A stretch of DNA of 64,000 bases, taken from contig OX597814.1 in assembly GCA_951406725.2 (NCBI GenBank), positions 93,930,001-93,994,000 on the forward strand, given 5' to 3'. A model generated the notes under the pieces. It ran no database searches, was not told where the DNA came from, and saw nothing but the letters and a program-made list of their open reading frames with translations. The stretch comes from Octopus vulgaris (taxonomy: Eukaryota). Positions within the stretch are counted from its first letter, which is position 1, and the number at the start of each line of letters is the position of its first letter. Position numbers and translations under genes: made by a program. Shown here in pieces: positions 9,835-23,918 of the stretch.

Positions 9835-10887
9835 CCTTCACACTGCAAAATGGAATGTTAAAAAAAGCAATACACAGTGCTGCCACAATTATATTTCCAA
9901 ATACAACTACTTCTTGCTGGCTATTTTGTTTTGAGTTAATCTTAAATCTCCAACCTCTTCAACCGTTCAGAATACTTTTTCCATCATCTTGGCTTAACAA
10001 CCCTCATCGTTTGTTTCTACTGTGTTATTCTCTTTGTCCTGTCTGTTACTGTTTTTACTTTTATTGTTTTTACTGTCTTGCTTTGTTCTTACTGTCCTCT
10101 TCTTGTTACCACTTTTACTCCTCCGCAAAAAATCGCAAATTTTATTTAATTTGCTTTGCAGGAAGGACTATTTCAACGAAGTTGCGTCTTGTCCTTACCT
10201 TCGAAACACGGAGTAGACGAACCAGGGACAACTGAAGAAGGGGAATATTCCTCGTGTTGTATGTCTTTTACTCTGTTTTTTCGTTGTTTGAAAAAAATTC
10301 GTTTCCATGTTTTTGCTTTTATGTTTTCGTTTCTCATTGAGTTCAACGTTTTTTTTTGATGTCCTGTACACATATATGCATGTATATATACATATAGATG
10401 TAGGTATGTACATATATGTATGTATATGCATATATTTATATATTATTTATATTATCATATGATCGAACGCCACGCATCCTTTTCCAAGTAAGTTTATATA
10501 TAAATATACATAACTGTGTAAATATTACAGCAGTAATGGTATTATAACCTAAGCTAAAATAGTATCTATTGGCATTATAACACAATGGCTATTGTCTATC
10601 GACATTGTTACTCCCCTCCAGGGGATTCATTTGAACGACGTGATATACAATTGAATATGACGAGGTGGCCCACATTACTAAAGATGATGATGATGACGAG
10701 AGGGGGAGGCAGAAGCGGAAGGGGAGGTTAACAAAGACTATTACAAGTGCAACATTTCTAACCATTACAAATGATGATGGATGTTTGTGCATGTGAATGC
10801 CTGTGTGTGCTATTGTGTACGTATGCATGTGGGTATATATGTGCGTGTGTGTGTTTATATATGTGTATATATAAGTATATATGAAAC

Positions 10888-10922
<35 letters not shown>

Positions 10923-11792
10923 AGAGTAAAAGAGAGACGTGGAGAGAGAGAAAGAGACATATTGCATTATGAAATGTTTCTATATACGATCGGGAAGGTA
11001 TTGCTGGAGGCACACCAGTAAAGCAGCGGATGCTTAACTGAGAGATCTATAGATCAAAACTAAGTTCTGCGTGATATTTTCCTTCCACCAGCATAGCTCA
11101 GTCTGTCGAGCGGTGTTTGTTAACCCTTGTGTAACCCTTCAAAAGAAAATACATGTTTCAAGGAATCCCTGCACAAAAGAAATTATATACCATATCTTTC
11201 TCATATTTTTTCATCGTAGCTCACGTGGGTTCACAACATAATAGGTTAGATAGGATGATGTCTATATTATAATATTACAATATTACAAGATGCTGTGCAT
11301 AAATAATAATGTTGTGATCAGGAAATTAGCATTAGATTATCGCACTCATTCTCACGGAACACCTAGGAATCTTTTGCAAAACTCTAGGCTTCCGGGGAAC
11401 ACCGGTTGAAAAAAAGCTGAGTTAAAATATTACACACGCGTTCGCGAGATTGTGATTTCAATTCCTTTATTGGGTGCTGGTTGTGTTCTTGAGCAAAGCA
11501 GTTGATCTCATGTTGCTTCGCAATCACTTCAGCACCTGTTCACATAACGATCGATTTGATGGATTGAATGAGCTGATGTACAGCATGAGCACTTCATCAC
11601 TATAAACAAATCATTTGTGCAGACCGTTGGGCAAAGGTTGAAAGCCCATACGTTGTCTTCAACTAGAGAGTCCATTATACATACATATATATATATGTAC
11701 ACACACATAAGTATCTAAAGTTACATGTACATGTATACATAAACATATGTGGGAATAAAACATGTAAATATATATACTTATATATACATACA

Positions 11793-11893
<101 letters not shown>

Positions 11894-12171
11894 AACAGTT
11901 GAAACACTCATGTCACAACCTGGGACCTTGAAGACTAATTTAATGCAAGAAAATATACTAGACCTTTAATATTTGATATTCAATTTTCTATCTATTCAAT
12001 AAGACAATCAATACTGCATTTCATTTTACTATATATAATATTTATACTATATATTCTATATTCTACATTAATATTATAAAGAATAAAAATAAAACATAAA
12101 AACAGAGTTGGAATTCCTTTGAATAAAGGGGAATTTCAACCGTGTTTCGTGGTCTGCTACCACAACACCTC

Positions 12172-13543
12172 CTTTATAGGATCCAGTTAGCTCAGGACAT
12201 CATCAGGAGGAACCACGTCCGGTTTCGGCCCCCACTCCTCTACCGTTTTGACGTGCCCCCCCCCCCTTCGGAGGTGTCTTCAGCTCTGGTGCTGGGTGCA
12301 TGTCTTCTTTCTTCTTTCTTCTGTTCGCTGGCCTCTTCGATGTAGCTTCAAGGAGTGTCAGCGGGCGACTGACTGTCTTGTGAAATTTCCCTGTAAATAC
12401 CAGCCCAGCAAGTTGTCACGTGACACTGTCTTAACTGTAACTGACCAATGAAGGCGCGTAGTCTTAGCCCACGCATTCTCTAAGCGAGACCGTCACTTGT
12501 CAATCAGATCAGCGAAGTTAATTCTGTGTCAGCTTGTCTCACTTAGTGATGTTATTTTCCTGCCGGCATGTTATGACTTTCAAGACATTTTTAGTTTTCC
12601 TGCTTCAGCCATATATAGAAGCTGGCTTTTTCGACCGCCTCCTGTACTCTCCTTATTAGTTTTCGCAGCTCCGAGCTAGAAAAACAAATCTTTTGAATAG
12701 CGTTGTCATTTTTCTTTCAATGAAGCCCCTAGCCCCCACTGCCAGGTGGTAATACTCGACATTCCATCCCTGTTCTCTGCACTCTTCGATTAGTTTTTGT
12801 ACCTCTTCTCCTTTCGTTTCTCTGCATTGTCGATCTTCTTTTCCCATGGCACTGTCAGTTCTAGCAAAATTCCTATTCTCCGTTGTCTGTCCGATGGGAC
12901 TAAATCTGGTCTTTTTGTCGTTTTTATGAGTGGAAATATTACTAGTCTTTCCAAATCCGTGGCCAGCTCCCAGTGTCCCTTCCATATTTCGTCTATCTCG
13001 TATATTTTACTTGTAGGCCTGGTTTTATATCCTTTTCCCTCCTTCTGGAAGTATACTTTCCTGCGCTTTTCCACTTTTGGGTACTCTCCCCTATTGTATC
13101 TCTCGATCTTCTCCTTGAGTGCTGCGCTTATGACACCGAGGACTCGATTATGCCGCCATGTATACCTTTCTAGTGCTAGTCTGCAGTTTAACAGCACATG
13201 TCTAACCGTCGCTTTCTCTCCGCATCTACATTCATCGGTTGTTTTTATGTCCCACCGGAATAAGTTCGCCGGTGAGGGTAGAATGTCGAAGGTAGACCTG
13301 ATCAGTAAGGATGTTCTTGCTTGTTTCCAAGCCCAAAGTTCCTTCCATGATATTCTGCGGCTGATCACATATTCCTCCCATCTCACTCAGGCACTGTCTC
13401 TGTTGACTACATGGCATCAAATGTACATTTCGCCTTTCTTCTTGCCCCTTTCTCACTTCGTGTACCACTGCCTCTTTCATCTCTTTTCTGCGTCTATTGA
13501 GTTAAAAAGCGTTCTGTGCCGTATGAATATGTCCCTCGTTTAA
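12172..13543 (-). mobile_element. 5'-truncated Hero/R2-group LINE (zinc knuckle + restriction-like endonuclease) with 3' UTR
   Basis: ORF 12790-13386: LIRSTFDILPSPANLFRW, CRCGEKATVRHVLLNC, RYTWRHNRVL, KRPDLV..LLELTVPWE; continues as GWNVEYYHLAVGARGF in 12656-12985. Confidence 0.85.
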
Positions 13544-14365
13544 GAAGCTGTGGCAAAAACACCCAGACTTTGACAAGTGTTTGTTGTTTCTCTCTAATGG
13601 TTATCACCCTTTCTTCTTCTATTTCTCTCTTTCCTCCCTTCCCTTCACATTCTTTCAATAACGACGTTTGAAGCTTCCAATATCTTTCCCCCGCCGCCTT
13701 CGCCAGCGCTGTCCCTCTTTCTCCAATATCCTCTCTCTCTCTCTCTGTACGTCTGTCTGCACTTTCTCTTTATAACCTTCTTTCTATAACGACGTTTCAC
13801 AGCTTCGCCGTCTCTCTGTCACTCTTTCTCCCACCACCTTTCTCACTGTATCTATAGAGAGAGAAACCGTGGCAGTAGCAACAGTTTAAATATTCCCGTC
13901 TTTTAGAACGGTGACATATTATCGCCCACCACCATCGCACAATCATAACAGATATTATTAATCAGATATATTGTGTTAATTTATATATATGTGTGTGTAT
14001 CTCTTATTATAAAAGGCAGATTTTATCTGCCTCCCTTTGGGAGTTATACAAATCTACAATATAGGATTTCTTCAATTACAATTTACCTAGCATTTTTAAG
14101 AGTACAATGCATCGCGTCATGCCAGGTCCAGTTTTTAAAATTTAAACTCCAATTAAGCAAAATTTACAGAAAACTCACATTCTGGTGTGTGTGTCAAATG
14201 CTTTTCTTAGTCTGGTTTACACCACACGCAAACGCACACACACAGTGGGCAACGAATAAAATGAAAGTAATTCACTTACTGTAGTGAGTGATTCTTTCAC
14301 ACTGCCTCCCACTTCCACTTTCCACACATAGACACGCAAATATATAAATAAAATTGTAAGCTAAC

Positions 14366-14405
<40 letters not shown>

Positions 14406-14470
14406 GCGTGAGTGTGTGACAGGACAGTTTTTTACGACGAATATAAGACCTATATCCAAGTAGCAGAAAG

Positions 14471-14731
14471 ATAAGACAGTAAGGTGTGATTTGAGGGAGA
14501 TTTGGCTGCTATTTCTACCATGTCTAGCTGCCATGTAGGGGTCTCCCTCATAGGCTCATACATACATATATACATAGATAAGACAGTAAGGTGTGATTTG
14601 GGGGAAATTTGGCTGCTATTTCTACCAGGTCTAGCTACCATGTAGAGGTCCCCCTCATTGGCTCATATATATATACATACATAAGACAGTAAGGTGTGAT
14701 TTGAGGGAGATTTGGCTGCTGTTTCTACCAG
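14471..14731. repeat. ~105-bp tandem repeat, ~2.5 copies
   Basis: ataagacagtaaggtgtgatttg.ggga.atttggctgct.tttctacca at 14471, ~14578 and 14681. Confidence 0.85.
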
Positions 14732-15056
14732 TCTGTTAGGCCTTCTCATGTAAACTCAAGCTTTCTCATGCCTTGAACATAAGACCAAAGCAGAGAATGT
14801 ATTCTTTTATTCTTCTGCTTTTTCCAGCCATTGGTCTGTGGCCATGCTGGGGCAATGCCTTGAAGAATTGTAGTTTAATGAATCAACTCCAGTTTTATTT
14901 TTGTAAGCATTGTACTTATTCTATCTGTTTCCTTTGTCAAACCACTAGGTGACAGGGATGTAAACAAACCAACATTCGTTGTCAAGCAGTGGTGAAGGAC
15001 AATCACAAGCACAGACACGCACACACACACACACATACATGCATACACATATACAC

Positions 15057-15091
<35 letters not shown>

Positions 15092-15110
15092 TATATATGT
15101 GTATATATAT

Positions 15111-15433
15111 ATTGCAGCGTGGAAGGTGTTTGTAAGCCATTTAAGAAACACACAAAAACCGTTACATTCACTTCAACATTTAAATTTAATTTGCCAAAAT
15201 ATTTTCGTCGCTTTGAGGCCGCGACCTGTTCACTGACAAAAATATCGTGCTAACAGGTCGCGGTCTCAAAGCGACGAAAATATTTTGACAAATTAAATTT
15301 AAATGTTGAAGTGAATCTAACGGTTTTTGTGTGTTTCTTAAATGGCTTATAAACACCTTCAACGCTGCAACTATTTTCGTTCCAGCACACGATCTCAGAT
15401 CAAGTCACTTGCTATGCAAGTACATCTCTGTAA
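15111..15433. repeat. Fold-back Penelope-LTR-like element (same family as 55376-55719) with G3:C8 hammerhead motif on minus strand at ~15190-15240
   Basis: 15112-~15232 is inverted at ~15252-15370; 15371-15433 is the reverse complement of 55376-55435. Confidence 0.75.
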
Positions 15434-15442
15434 CTATATATA

Positions 15443-15481
<39 letters not shown>

Positions 15482-15544
15482 TGGTAAAAACAGTAAGATA
15501 ACAAAAGAAAGAAAGAGACCTCAATATTATGTAAATAGAGGAAA

Positions 15545-15939
15545 TCTTTATATATAAAAGTGAGGTTGTGTGTCTGTCTCCTACGATTTAGATTCCTAAC
15601 AACTCCCACATTTTGCGGTGCAGTTTAACCAAAACCGGGTATCTTATAGTCGTGATTCATATCGAGACCGTCTGGGTATTAGCGCGCGTCTACGATTAGT
15701 CTACGATTTAAAAAAAAATTTACCATCAATTTTTCCCATTTTTAATCCATTTTTGACATATATAAGGGAAGTAACTCTCTAAAATTTATTATTAAATCTC
15801 AGAACGTAAAAAGCTACAGTAACACCCCTCCCCCTTTGTGGTTAGCCATATTGAGATGGCTATTATACTTTACATCTCTAAAAATGCTTATATAATTATT
15901 TCCCTTACAAACCCCAGCAACGCCGGGCGATACTGCTAG
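15545..15939 (+). mobile_element. Non-autonomous Helitron
   Basis: A|TC 5' start (tctttatatataaaa), 3' hairpin cccagcaacgccggg followed by CTAG|T. Confidence 0.8.
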
Positions 15940-17055
15940 TATAAATATATATATAATGTGTATACATATATATCTTTACATATGGGGTTGGGGGGAAAAT
16001 GGGTTCTTTTGATCTTGATCGGAAGATTTGATGTGCGTGCGTGTGTATGTGTGAGAGAGAAAGAGAGAGAGAGTGTGTGTGTGTGTATTTGATGAGGTGT
16101 GCGAGAAACACACACATATACACACACACACACATACACAAACACACACAGATACACGCACACACACACACGGAACGCCAACTTCTACATTAGACAAAAA
16201 AATTAAAACAATATCTATGAATCTGATCATAAAATAGCCAACACAAAACGCAAAGCACTAACACACACACATACACGCACACACATACATACACATACAC
16301 ACACTATCATGGGATAATATTATATATAGCACACCATATAACACAACACATATCATATAATATATGTAATGTAATATAATCCACTATATAACATGATATC
16401 TCATAATTTTTATATTTTATACTGGAGGGTAAGTCTATACCGGATACGACGCCAAAATTAAATCCCACCATCAAAGTCCAAGTATGATAACTATAATTGT
16501 TAGTTTCGAAAATACTTAACTGTACGGTTGATGCTAAGCATGCATAATACCCTTAGGTCTAATATATATTCAATCAGATTGTTCTCGTCTCTATACTTAA
16601 AATTTTCAGGAATCGGACTCACGATCGCGAATCAGTTACCCCTAACCACTAAGCCACGCGCCTTCCCTCATAAGAACAATTATGAGATATTTGAAGTCAT
16701 GGCTGTGCTTCTCGGGGCGACCAATAATTTACGAGTGAATTTGATAGACGGAAACTGTGTGGAATAAAAAAACGAACAAGCATAACAAGAAAAAAGCAAC
16801 AACACGCGGACGTGGTACACGCAAAGAATTTAGCAGACGCTCTGGGAAGGAAAGACAGGCAGTTTTACTTTTCGCGCAAAGCTCTTCGTCAAAAAGAAGA
16901 GAGGGAGGAAAGTCCAAGAGAAAAAGAAGACGGAGGAAAGCATTGCCTACGATCCACATGTGGTTACATTTTGAAATATACATACACACATACATACATA
17001 CATACATACATACATACATACATACATACATACATACATACATACATACATGCAT

Positions 17056-17102
<47 letters not shown>

Positions 17103-19083
17103 TGTGTGTGTGTGCGTGTGTACTTGTGTATTTTTGCATGTCTTTGCCATTATTTCTGTACTCCAGTGCTTCACAACCGATGTTGGTCTATTTGCGCCCT
17201 CGAAACTTACAGATTTAGTAAAAAGAGATGATAGAATAAGTAACAGGATTAACAATAAGTACTAGAGTCCATTCGCCCGACTAAAACATGTTGTTCGAAA
17301 CGGTGCTCCAATATGGCCGCAGTGTAGTGACAGAAAGAAGTAAAAAGCTAGAGGGTAAAAGATAACCAATGCAATCAAAATGTCAAAGAAGCTACAGGTA
17401 AAACTGCAGGCAAAACTACAGTTAAAACATTCTTTGTCCAGGCATGTTATACTTTCTCCCCATAAGCCCACAAATATCGTTACTCCAGAACATAATTTTA
17501 GTTTGAATTGTTATTCCATGCACTTTATCTGATCACTCATTCAGCTTGTCTATTCAAGAAATAATGTTTCTGTTTTCGTTTTTTCCTAATAGGCTACATG
17601 GTATATCTTATTACATTTGTTACTTAAAGTTTTAGTGGATCTTATGTTAGGCATGATACAATTGTATGTATGCACGATACAAATGTATGTATGCATATGC
17701 TATATTTATTAAATTGTTATTATATGATCGAACGCTACGCGTCCTCTTCCAAGTAAGTTTTGATTTATATATATATATATACACACACACACACGTATGT
17801 ATGTATATATGCATGTATATGTGTAAGAATATATATATATGTACGTACACTCACAAACACACACACACATATTACATAACATACATACACGAATCCCGTA
17901 GAATTACAGCGCCTTAGACCTTCTGTACAAGAAATAGATAAATGTAAAAACTATCATTAACTGTATTTGAATACAAAATGAAATAATTCTGCTCATAAAT
18001 ACGGTTTATTAGACAGTAAATACTTTCAATATGGTAACTGCTATTTAAATTATAATAGAAATATTAAAATAACTAAGTCTCTCTAAAACTGCTATTTAAA
18101 TTATTTAATGTCAACTTTAAACTGATATGTAACCAACAAAAGTAATAAATAAACATTTTTATTATGATAATGTGAGCATAAATCGAAGTAAATAAATAAT
18201 TAATGAATGTAAAGATGGAATCGATAAACAATAACCAAACATAAACACCAATCAATAATGTAATTGGATACCATCAAGAAATATGGTTTAAAATATTGAT
18301 AAATACATTTAAAACAACGGAATTACTTAAATAGTTGTATTCTGAATGAAAGTACTTAACTTGGATTGTTTTATAAACTCCCTTAATAAAAGCTTACATT
18401 AGTTATTTTCTTGAGAATATAGTGCTTACGGTGTCGGTTGCGGCCGTGCTGGAGAGGAAAATGGTATATCCAAGGCTGGAACAACTTCTGTAACTCAAAT
18501 CAAGAACGACTTGAGGCTGAACTAAAACAACAATAGCAATAACAGCGAGTGAAAAGATGCGACGATATCTCAGAATGTATAAGGTTAATGGCAGTTTTCG
18601 AATTATTGGGAAATATGTGTTTGAGTATTGCGTGTGTGTATTTGTACGTGCGTATGTGTCAGTATATGTGCGTAGGTGTACACCTTAGTGAGCGTATTTA
18701 TGTATTTGCGTGTGTGTATGTGTATGCAAATGAATGACAGGCTACAGATATAAACCAGTAAGACATCAAACAAATGAGCCTCTACTGACTGAGTTGGGAT
18801 TTCACTACATATGGACTGCTGCTTAAGTAGGCAACTACATTGTTGCATTGTAAGAGTGACAGACGGTATATCAATGAGTTCATGAATTGTAGGTATTCTT
18901 TAACAGTTCTTTTTCAATACCATACAAAAATACATGCATACATAATAAAATAGGAACTTTAATAGCATATTCAAGAGGTTCCGATAAACAAATATGTGTG
19001 TGTGTGCGTGTATTTCAATTTTGGATTTGGTTTGCAAGATTCTTTACATGAGTTCGCGTGTTGACTCTTCGCAGACACAACAG

Positions 19084-19141
<58 letters not shown>

Positions 19142-20831
19142 TGGCAAAAAGAATTGTATTCTCACGCAGGAAAAAATACAGTAAAATTTGTTTAGAAAAT
19201 GCACTGAAATCTTAGAAAACGCCTATTCGTTTTTAAATAGTCATCAGAGTGTATGACAAAAGTTACACGGACAAAAGCTCCACCTGCAGGGGCACCGCAT
19301 TGAATAATTTTTAGTCGAATGTAACGACACTAGAATTTATTAAAATGATTTACAGCTAGAGCATGAAAGTTAAGCCTAGAGGGTCAGTTCACATGCTAGA
19401 AATAACAGCTAAATCTCTTGAAATTTTTTTATAACCCACCCCTATCGTTTTTTTTTTATTTTCTAAAGATCTTTTTGCTTGTTTCAGTCATTGGACTGTG
19501 GCCATGCTGGTGTCGTAGCTTGAAGAACATTTGGTCGCAGAAAAATCAGTATTTTAAAATATATTTAAAATCGTCTGTTTTCTTCTCTCAGAATGTACAC
19601 CTGAGAGGGTTATTTAAGTTGACACTTTGAACTTTCTCCTGCCGTTGCAGATCTAATCATTCAAACGTAGTTCTCATCGTTTTTATGTTTCTACACATTT
19701 CTTGAAATAACTGCTTTTTCTTTTGTTAGAATTCAGACAATATGTACATTGAGTAGTAAAGAATCTTGTGTTCTGTTATTCTATTATGGATGATTGATTT
19801 TCATTTTCAAACTTTAAAGCTATTCTAAAAACGAGGAAAATAATTAAAACACACGGAACATACCATTGTGAGGGACATAGATGTTTTGACATCGGCTTTC
19901 GATTGAATACATACTGTTTACTTAAAGTTTTTTTTTACAACCGACATTTCCGCTGTTGTTTAAGGGAAATTATAAAAAGAAATTGTTAGATTTGGCTGTT
20001 ATTTCTAGTATGTGGAGAGACCTTATTGACTTAACTTTATGCGCTGGTTGAAAATCGCATAGAAAAGATTCTGGGGTCGATACATTCGACTAAAAATTAT
20101 TCAAGGCCGTGCCCCAGCATGGCCGCAGTCCAGTGACTGAAGCAAGTAAAAAGATTTTTAGAAAATAGGAAAAAAAACGAAGAAAAATAAAAAATATAAC
20201 CGAGGGTTTTATAAAAAAAAAATTCAAGAGACTTGGCCGTTACTTCTAGCATGCCGAGATACCTTTTAGGTGATTGAAAATCTAAAAAGATTCTGGGAGC
20301 GATACAATCGACTAAATCTTCCTAACGGTGGTGCCCCAGCATAGCCACAGTCTAATGACTGCAACAAAACTGAATTATATCACGGAAGTGGTTTTGATCA
20401 AGCTTTAAAAAAATGTTGGGTTCCATACAGCCATTTAATAATTCTTCCAGGTGGTGACCTAGCATGGCCGGATGCATTAAAAAACAAACTGAAGAAACAT
20501 CTGGGGCCTATACATTCAACTAAAAATTCTAAAACGAAAAATATAACAATGGGGTTTTTTTTCCTAGGAGACTTTTATCTGGATCCCGATTTATCCACAT
20601 ATCAAACAAGTTTCGACAAATATTTTTTTCTGTTTGGTATGTGAACAAAAGTATTTGAAAACGACTAAACATGTTTCAAATTTCAGTTGCCTTTTCACAC
20701 CTGAAAACCAATCCTCTTACATACATATGTGTACGCGTATAAGTATTGGTGTGTATAAATGTATATGTTTGTACGTGTTAAAGTACATGTGTGTAAAAGT
20801 ACATGTGTGTAAAAGTACATGTGTGTGTATA

Positions 20832-21205
20832 TTCTTTTATTCTTTTATTTGTTTCAGTCATTTGACTGCCGCCATGCTAGAGCACTACGTTTAGTCGAGC
20901 AAATCGACCTGAGGACTTATCCATTGTAAGTCTAATATTTATTCTATCGGCCTCTTTTTACCGAACCGCTAATTTACGGTTGTCAAGCGATGTTGGAGAG
21001 ATAAATACAGACACATAAACACAAACACATACATATATAGATACATATAAAACGGCTTTCTTTCAGTTTCCGTCTACCAAGTCCACTCACAAGCCTTTGG
21101 TCGGCTCGAAGCTATAGTAAAAGACACTTGCACAAGGTGCCACGTAGTGGGACTGAACCTGTAACCATGTGGTAAGTAAACTACTTACCACATACCCACT
21201 CCTGC
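20832..21205 (-). mobile_element. tRNA-derived SINE, family C
   Basis: Homologous to 26638-27040; further partial copies near 14810-15005, 17160-17345, 19475-19545, 20075-20150, 24925-25050 and 26260-26540. Confidence 0.75.
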
Positions 21206-21232
21206 GCGTATATATGTATATATATATATATA

Positions 21233-21442
21233 TATATGAAAGAAGGTTTGAAAATGCAATTCTAAAGATGTTTATTCACTTGACCGGTTTCACATTTTTA
21301 GAAAAAGATTGTCAAAAGTAAAATGTAAAGCTTATACAAAGCTTTACATTTTACTTTTGACAATCTTTTTCTAAAAAAATTGAAACTGGTCAAGTGAATA
21401 AACATCTGTAGAATTGCATTTTCAAACCTTCTTTCATATATA
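21233..21442. repeat. ~210-bp fold-back with U3:A8 hammerhead motifs on both strands (+21349-21398, -21275-21323)
   Basis: Arms are near-perfect reverse complements; ttttactt TTGACAA tctttttctaaaaaaatt GAAAC(c/t)gGTC aagtgaa. Confidence 0.7.
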
Positions 21443-22060
21443 TTTCCAGTCGTGCGGTACCTTACAACTTCACTTTGTTGTGTGTATATATATATATATA
21501 TATATAAATAGATGAGTGTATTTTTACCTTGTTAACAATTAACACGGAAAAAAAAAATAAATAGTTACCAGGGCAGCAAAAATCTCACAAGTAAAGGTGT
21601 TGTAACTCCTTGTTTATAAAGGTAGAAACTTCGTGTTTACGTTGAATATTTTGAATAATATGAATAAAAAATGGAGTTAACGCAGGTGTAATCAAATATT
21701 TTTATTTTCGACACATGTTTCGAAAATTCCACTGATACTATTCAAAAGAATAAATGGTATAAACAATGCAATCTTCTCCACAGGAAAGTGAAAAAAACGA
21801 AACTCGTCAATAAGACATTTTAGCAAAACATGATGGATTTGTATAGCGATAGACAGAACGCTATTAATATTGTTTAAAAAACGTTATATGATATAACGTC
21901 ATAAGTAGCTAACAGAAAGAGTAGGGATATTAATAGTGAATGTTAAATATAAAGGAAATTAAAGTTTAAATTATATATAATGATAGAGACTACTTATATG
22001 CACTAAATGTATGTTTTTGCCAATGCTTACATGTGTATGCTCGCTCTATAACCGTGTTTA

Positions 22061-23563
22061 CTAGAGTATTTTTTTAGAAAAAATAATGAAAAATAGCTCA
22101 GAATTGCAGAGAAGACAGAATTTCTTGCCTTTGTCATATGGTATCGAAATTGAGAGGATCAACCATTCTAAATGAAATTGTTCATTGTGGTCTTTTAAAT
22201 CCCAAATCAGTTTGCTGAGACCGGTACTATTCCGTTTATTTCTATCCCTAAATGTTGAGTAATGGATAGAAATTCTTTTAGACAACTCTAACGATGTGCT
22301 TCCAATGTAAAATCGTACTTTATTACGAGTACTGATTATACACTGGTATATAGAATTTTTGATCTTAGAGTTACTTGACATAAACTTAATTCTATTGGAA
22401 TTGACTTCAGATACAATAACCTTGTTATTAATATTTCTGGAGGGTTGGATGGTATTAGCTAAATTAATGTTAGTATTAGTAAATGTATTAATATTTAACA
22501 GTTTGTTATTATGAGAAGATATAATTTGCAAGAGATATTTTGTGTTTGAAAAACCTATCCCAACCTTATGTGAATTGATTATAGAGTAATATCTAGAATT
22601 GTTTGGAAAATTCCTAGCAATAGCTTGACGAAACAGCAGTGGGAGATTAGATTTAATTTGTCTCCCGTAAGGAATTATTAACCAAATATTTTTACTAGTA
22701 TTCATAGCGTAATTACTTTTGAAGGTGTTACTTTTAGATCGATAATAGGGGATTAAATAAGGGTTATCTGCCTTCATTTGCTTTGTATCGGTGCGTAAGT
22801 TATGTTTGTTATCAATAATTCTTTTGCGACTAGAAATCTTATCTACATTATTGAATTTACAATTAGACTGAGCAAAATCAATGTAGAAAATTTTTTCTGT
22901 ATAACCTGCTTTGATTAAGGCAGAGTTATAGAATTCAGCGTTATTATTGAAAATATCAACATTAGCAGGTAATTTAGATAATCTAAATGAAATATTCTTA
23001 ACTAAGTTCTTAGTAATTCCTCCAGGATGATTACTAAATTTGCTAATGTACTTAAGATTGGTCAACGGTTTATGATATGGGAAGTAAGAGTCACTGTGTA
23101 AATTAAGCGTAATATCTAAAAAGTTGGCCTTCGTCAGATCGTCATCAAAAACGATTTTTAAGCCCATTCTACTGAAAAAATTAACTAAACTATTCTTAAC
23201 ATTTTGTACCTTTTGGTTGGAAACATTTTGGAGGTAAAGTAAACAATCATCACGATATAGACCTCCATAAATGTTAGGGAACTCTTCAGCCATTTCAAAA
23301 AGAATATATATACAGACCAAATCTGCTATCTGTGCTGAATCAGAACTTCCCATTGGTATATCGAAACTATCTGGTGTGTCTTTACGGACCCACAACTTAT
23401 CATCAAATTTAATAATAGATCTTCTGGCTGCCAACACAACATTAATTTCTTCTCTGGTGAGACCAGCTTTGTTATGAGCAAGCCAACGTGCCCTATTAAG
23501 TACTATTGGATTAATAGATGAATAAAAATTGGAAATATCAAACTGGATAAACTTAGTACTCAC
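22061..23563 (-). CDS. Penelope RT + GIY-YIG endonuclease (500-aa open segment; upstream part disrupted)
   Basis: FIQFDISNFYSSI, FDIPMGSSDSAQIADLV, GLYRDDCL, ANFLDITLNL, YISKFSNHP, NSIYQCII..FYIGST..KRISIHYSTF, CLLCNSE. Confidence 0.9.
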   Translation of the reverse strand: MSTKFIQFDISNFYSSINPIVLNRARWLAHNKAGLTREEINVVLAARRSIIKFDDKLWVRKDTPDSFDIPMGSSDSAQIADLVCIYILFEMAEEFPNIYGGLYRDDCLLYLQNVSNQKVQNVKNSLVNFFSRMGLKIVFDDDLTKANFLDITLNLHSDSYFPYHKPLTNLKYISKFSNHPGGITKNLVKNISFRLSKLPANVDIFNNNAEFYNSALIKAGYTEKIFYIDFAQSNCKFNNVDKISSRKRIIDNKHNLRTDTKQMKADNPYLIPYYRSKSNTFKSNYAMNTSKNIWLIIPYGRQIKSNLPLLFRQAIARNFPNNSRYYSIINSHKVGIGFSNTKYLLQIISSHNNKLLNINTFTNTNINLANTIQPSRNINNKVIVSEVNSNRIKFMSSNSKIKNSIYQCIISTRNKVRFYIGSTSLELSKRISIHYSTFRDRNKRNSTGLSKLIWDLKDHNEQFHLEWLILSISIPYDKGKKFCLLCNSELFFIIFSKKIL

Positions 23564-23918
23564 CTTATTGTTAATAGAACTAAACCAGTCAACTACTTCA
23601 AACGAATTAGCCCATAAACTAAGTTTTAATGTTTTGATTAAATTAGGAATATATTTATCTAGTATATTTTTACTAAGGATACCGATGTCAGAGCTAGAAG
23701 GGCAGATAAGCCTTAATGATGGGTTAGTAAAAGAAAATTGGTTTGTGATCCTTCAAAATGAACCGAGGTTGCTTAGGAACAAGTGGTTCTGTCTTCATTT
23801 GTAGGTTATATTTCTCCATGATTTTCATAGCCTCAATGTTGGCTTTCTTAAGTATTCTTTTATCAGCAATTTTATACTATTTCTTTATTACTATTTATTG
23901 ACGAGTTTCGTTTTTTTC

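Noticed and set aside
10185-10255. GAAAC..GTA and CTGAAGA fragments; similar partial motifs at ~12135-12170, 25285-25345, 40240-40285 and 55988-56015
   Set aside because: Only half of the hammerhead core, or no consistent stems; probably truncated or decayed pseudo-LTRs, not callable.
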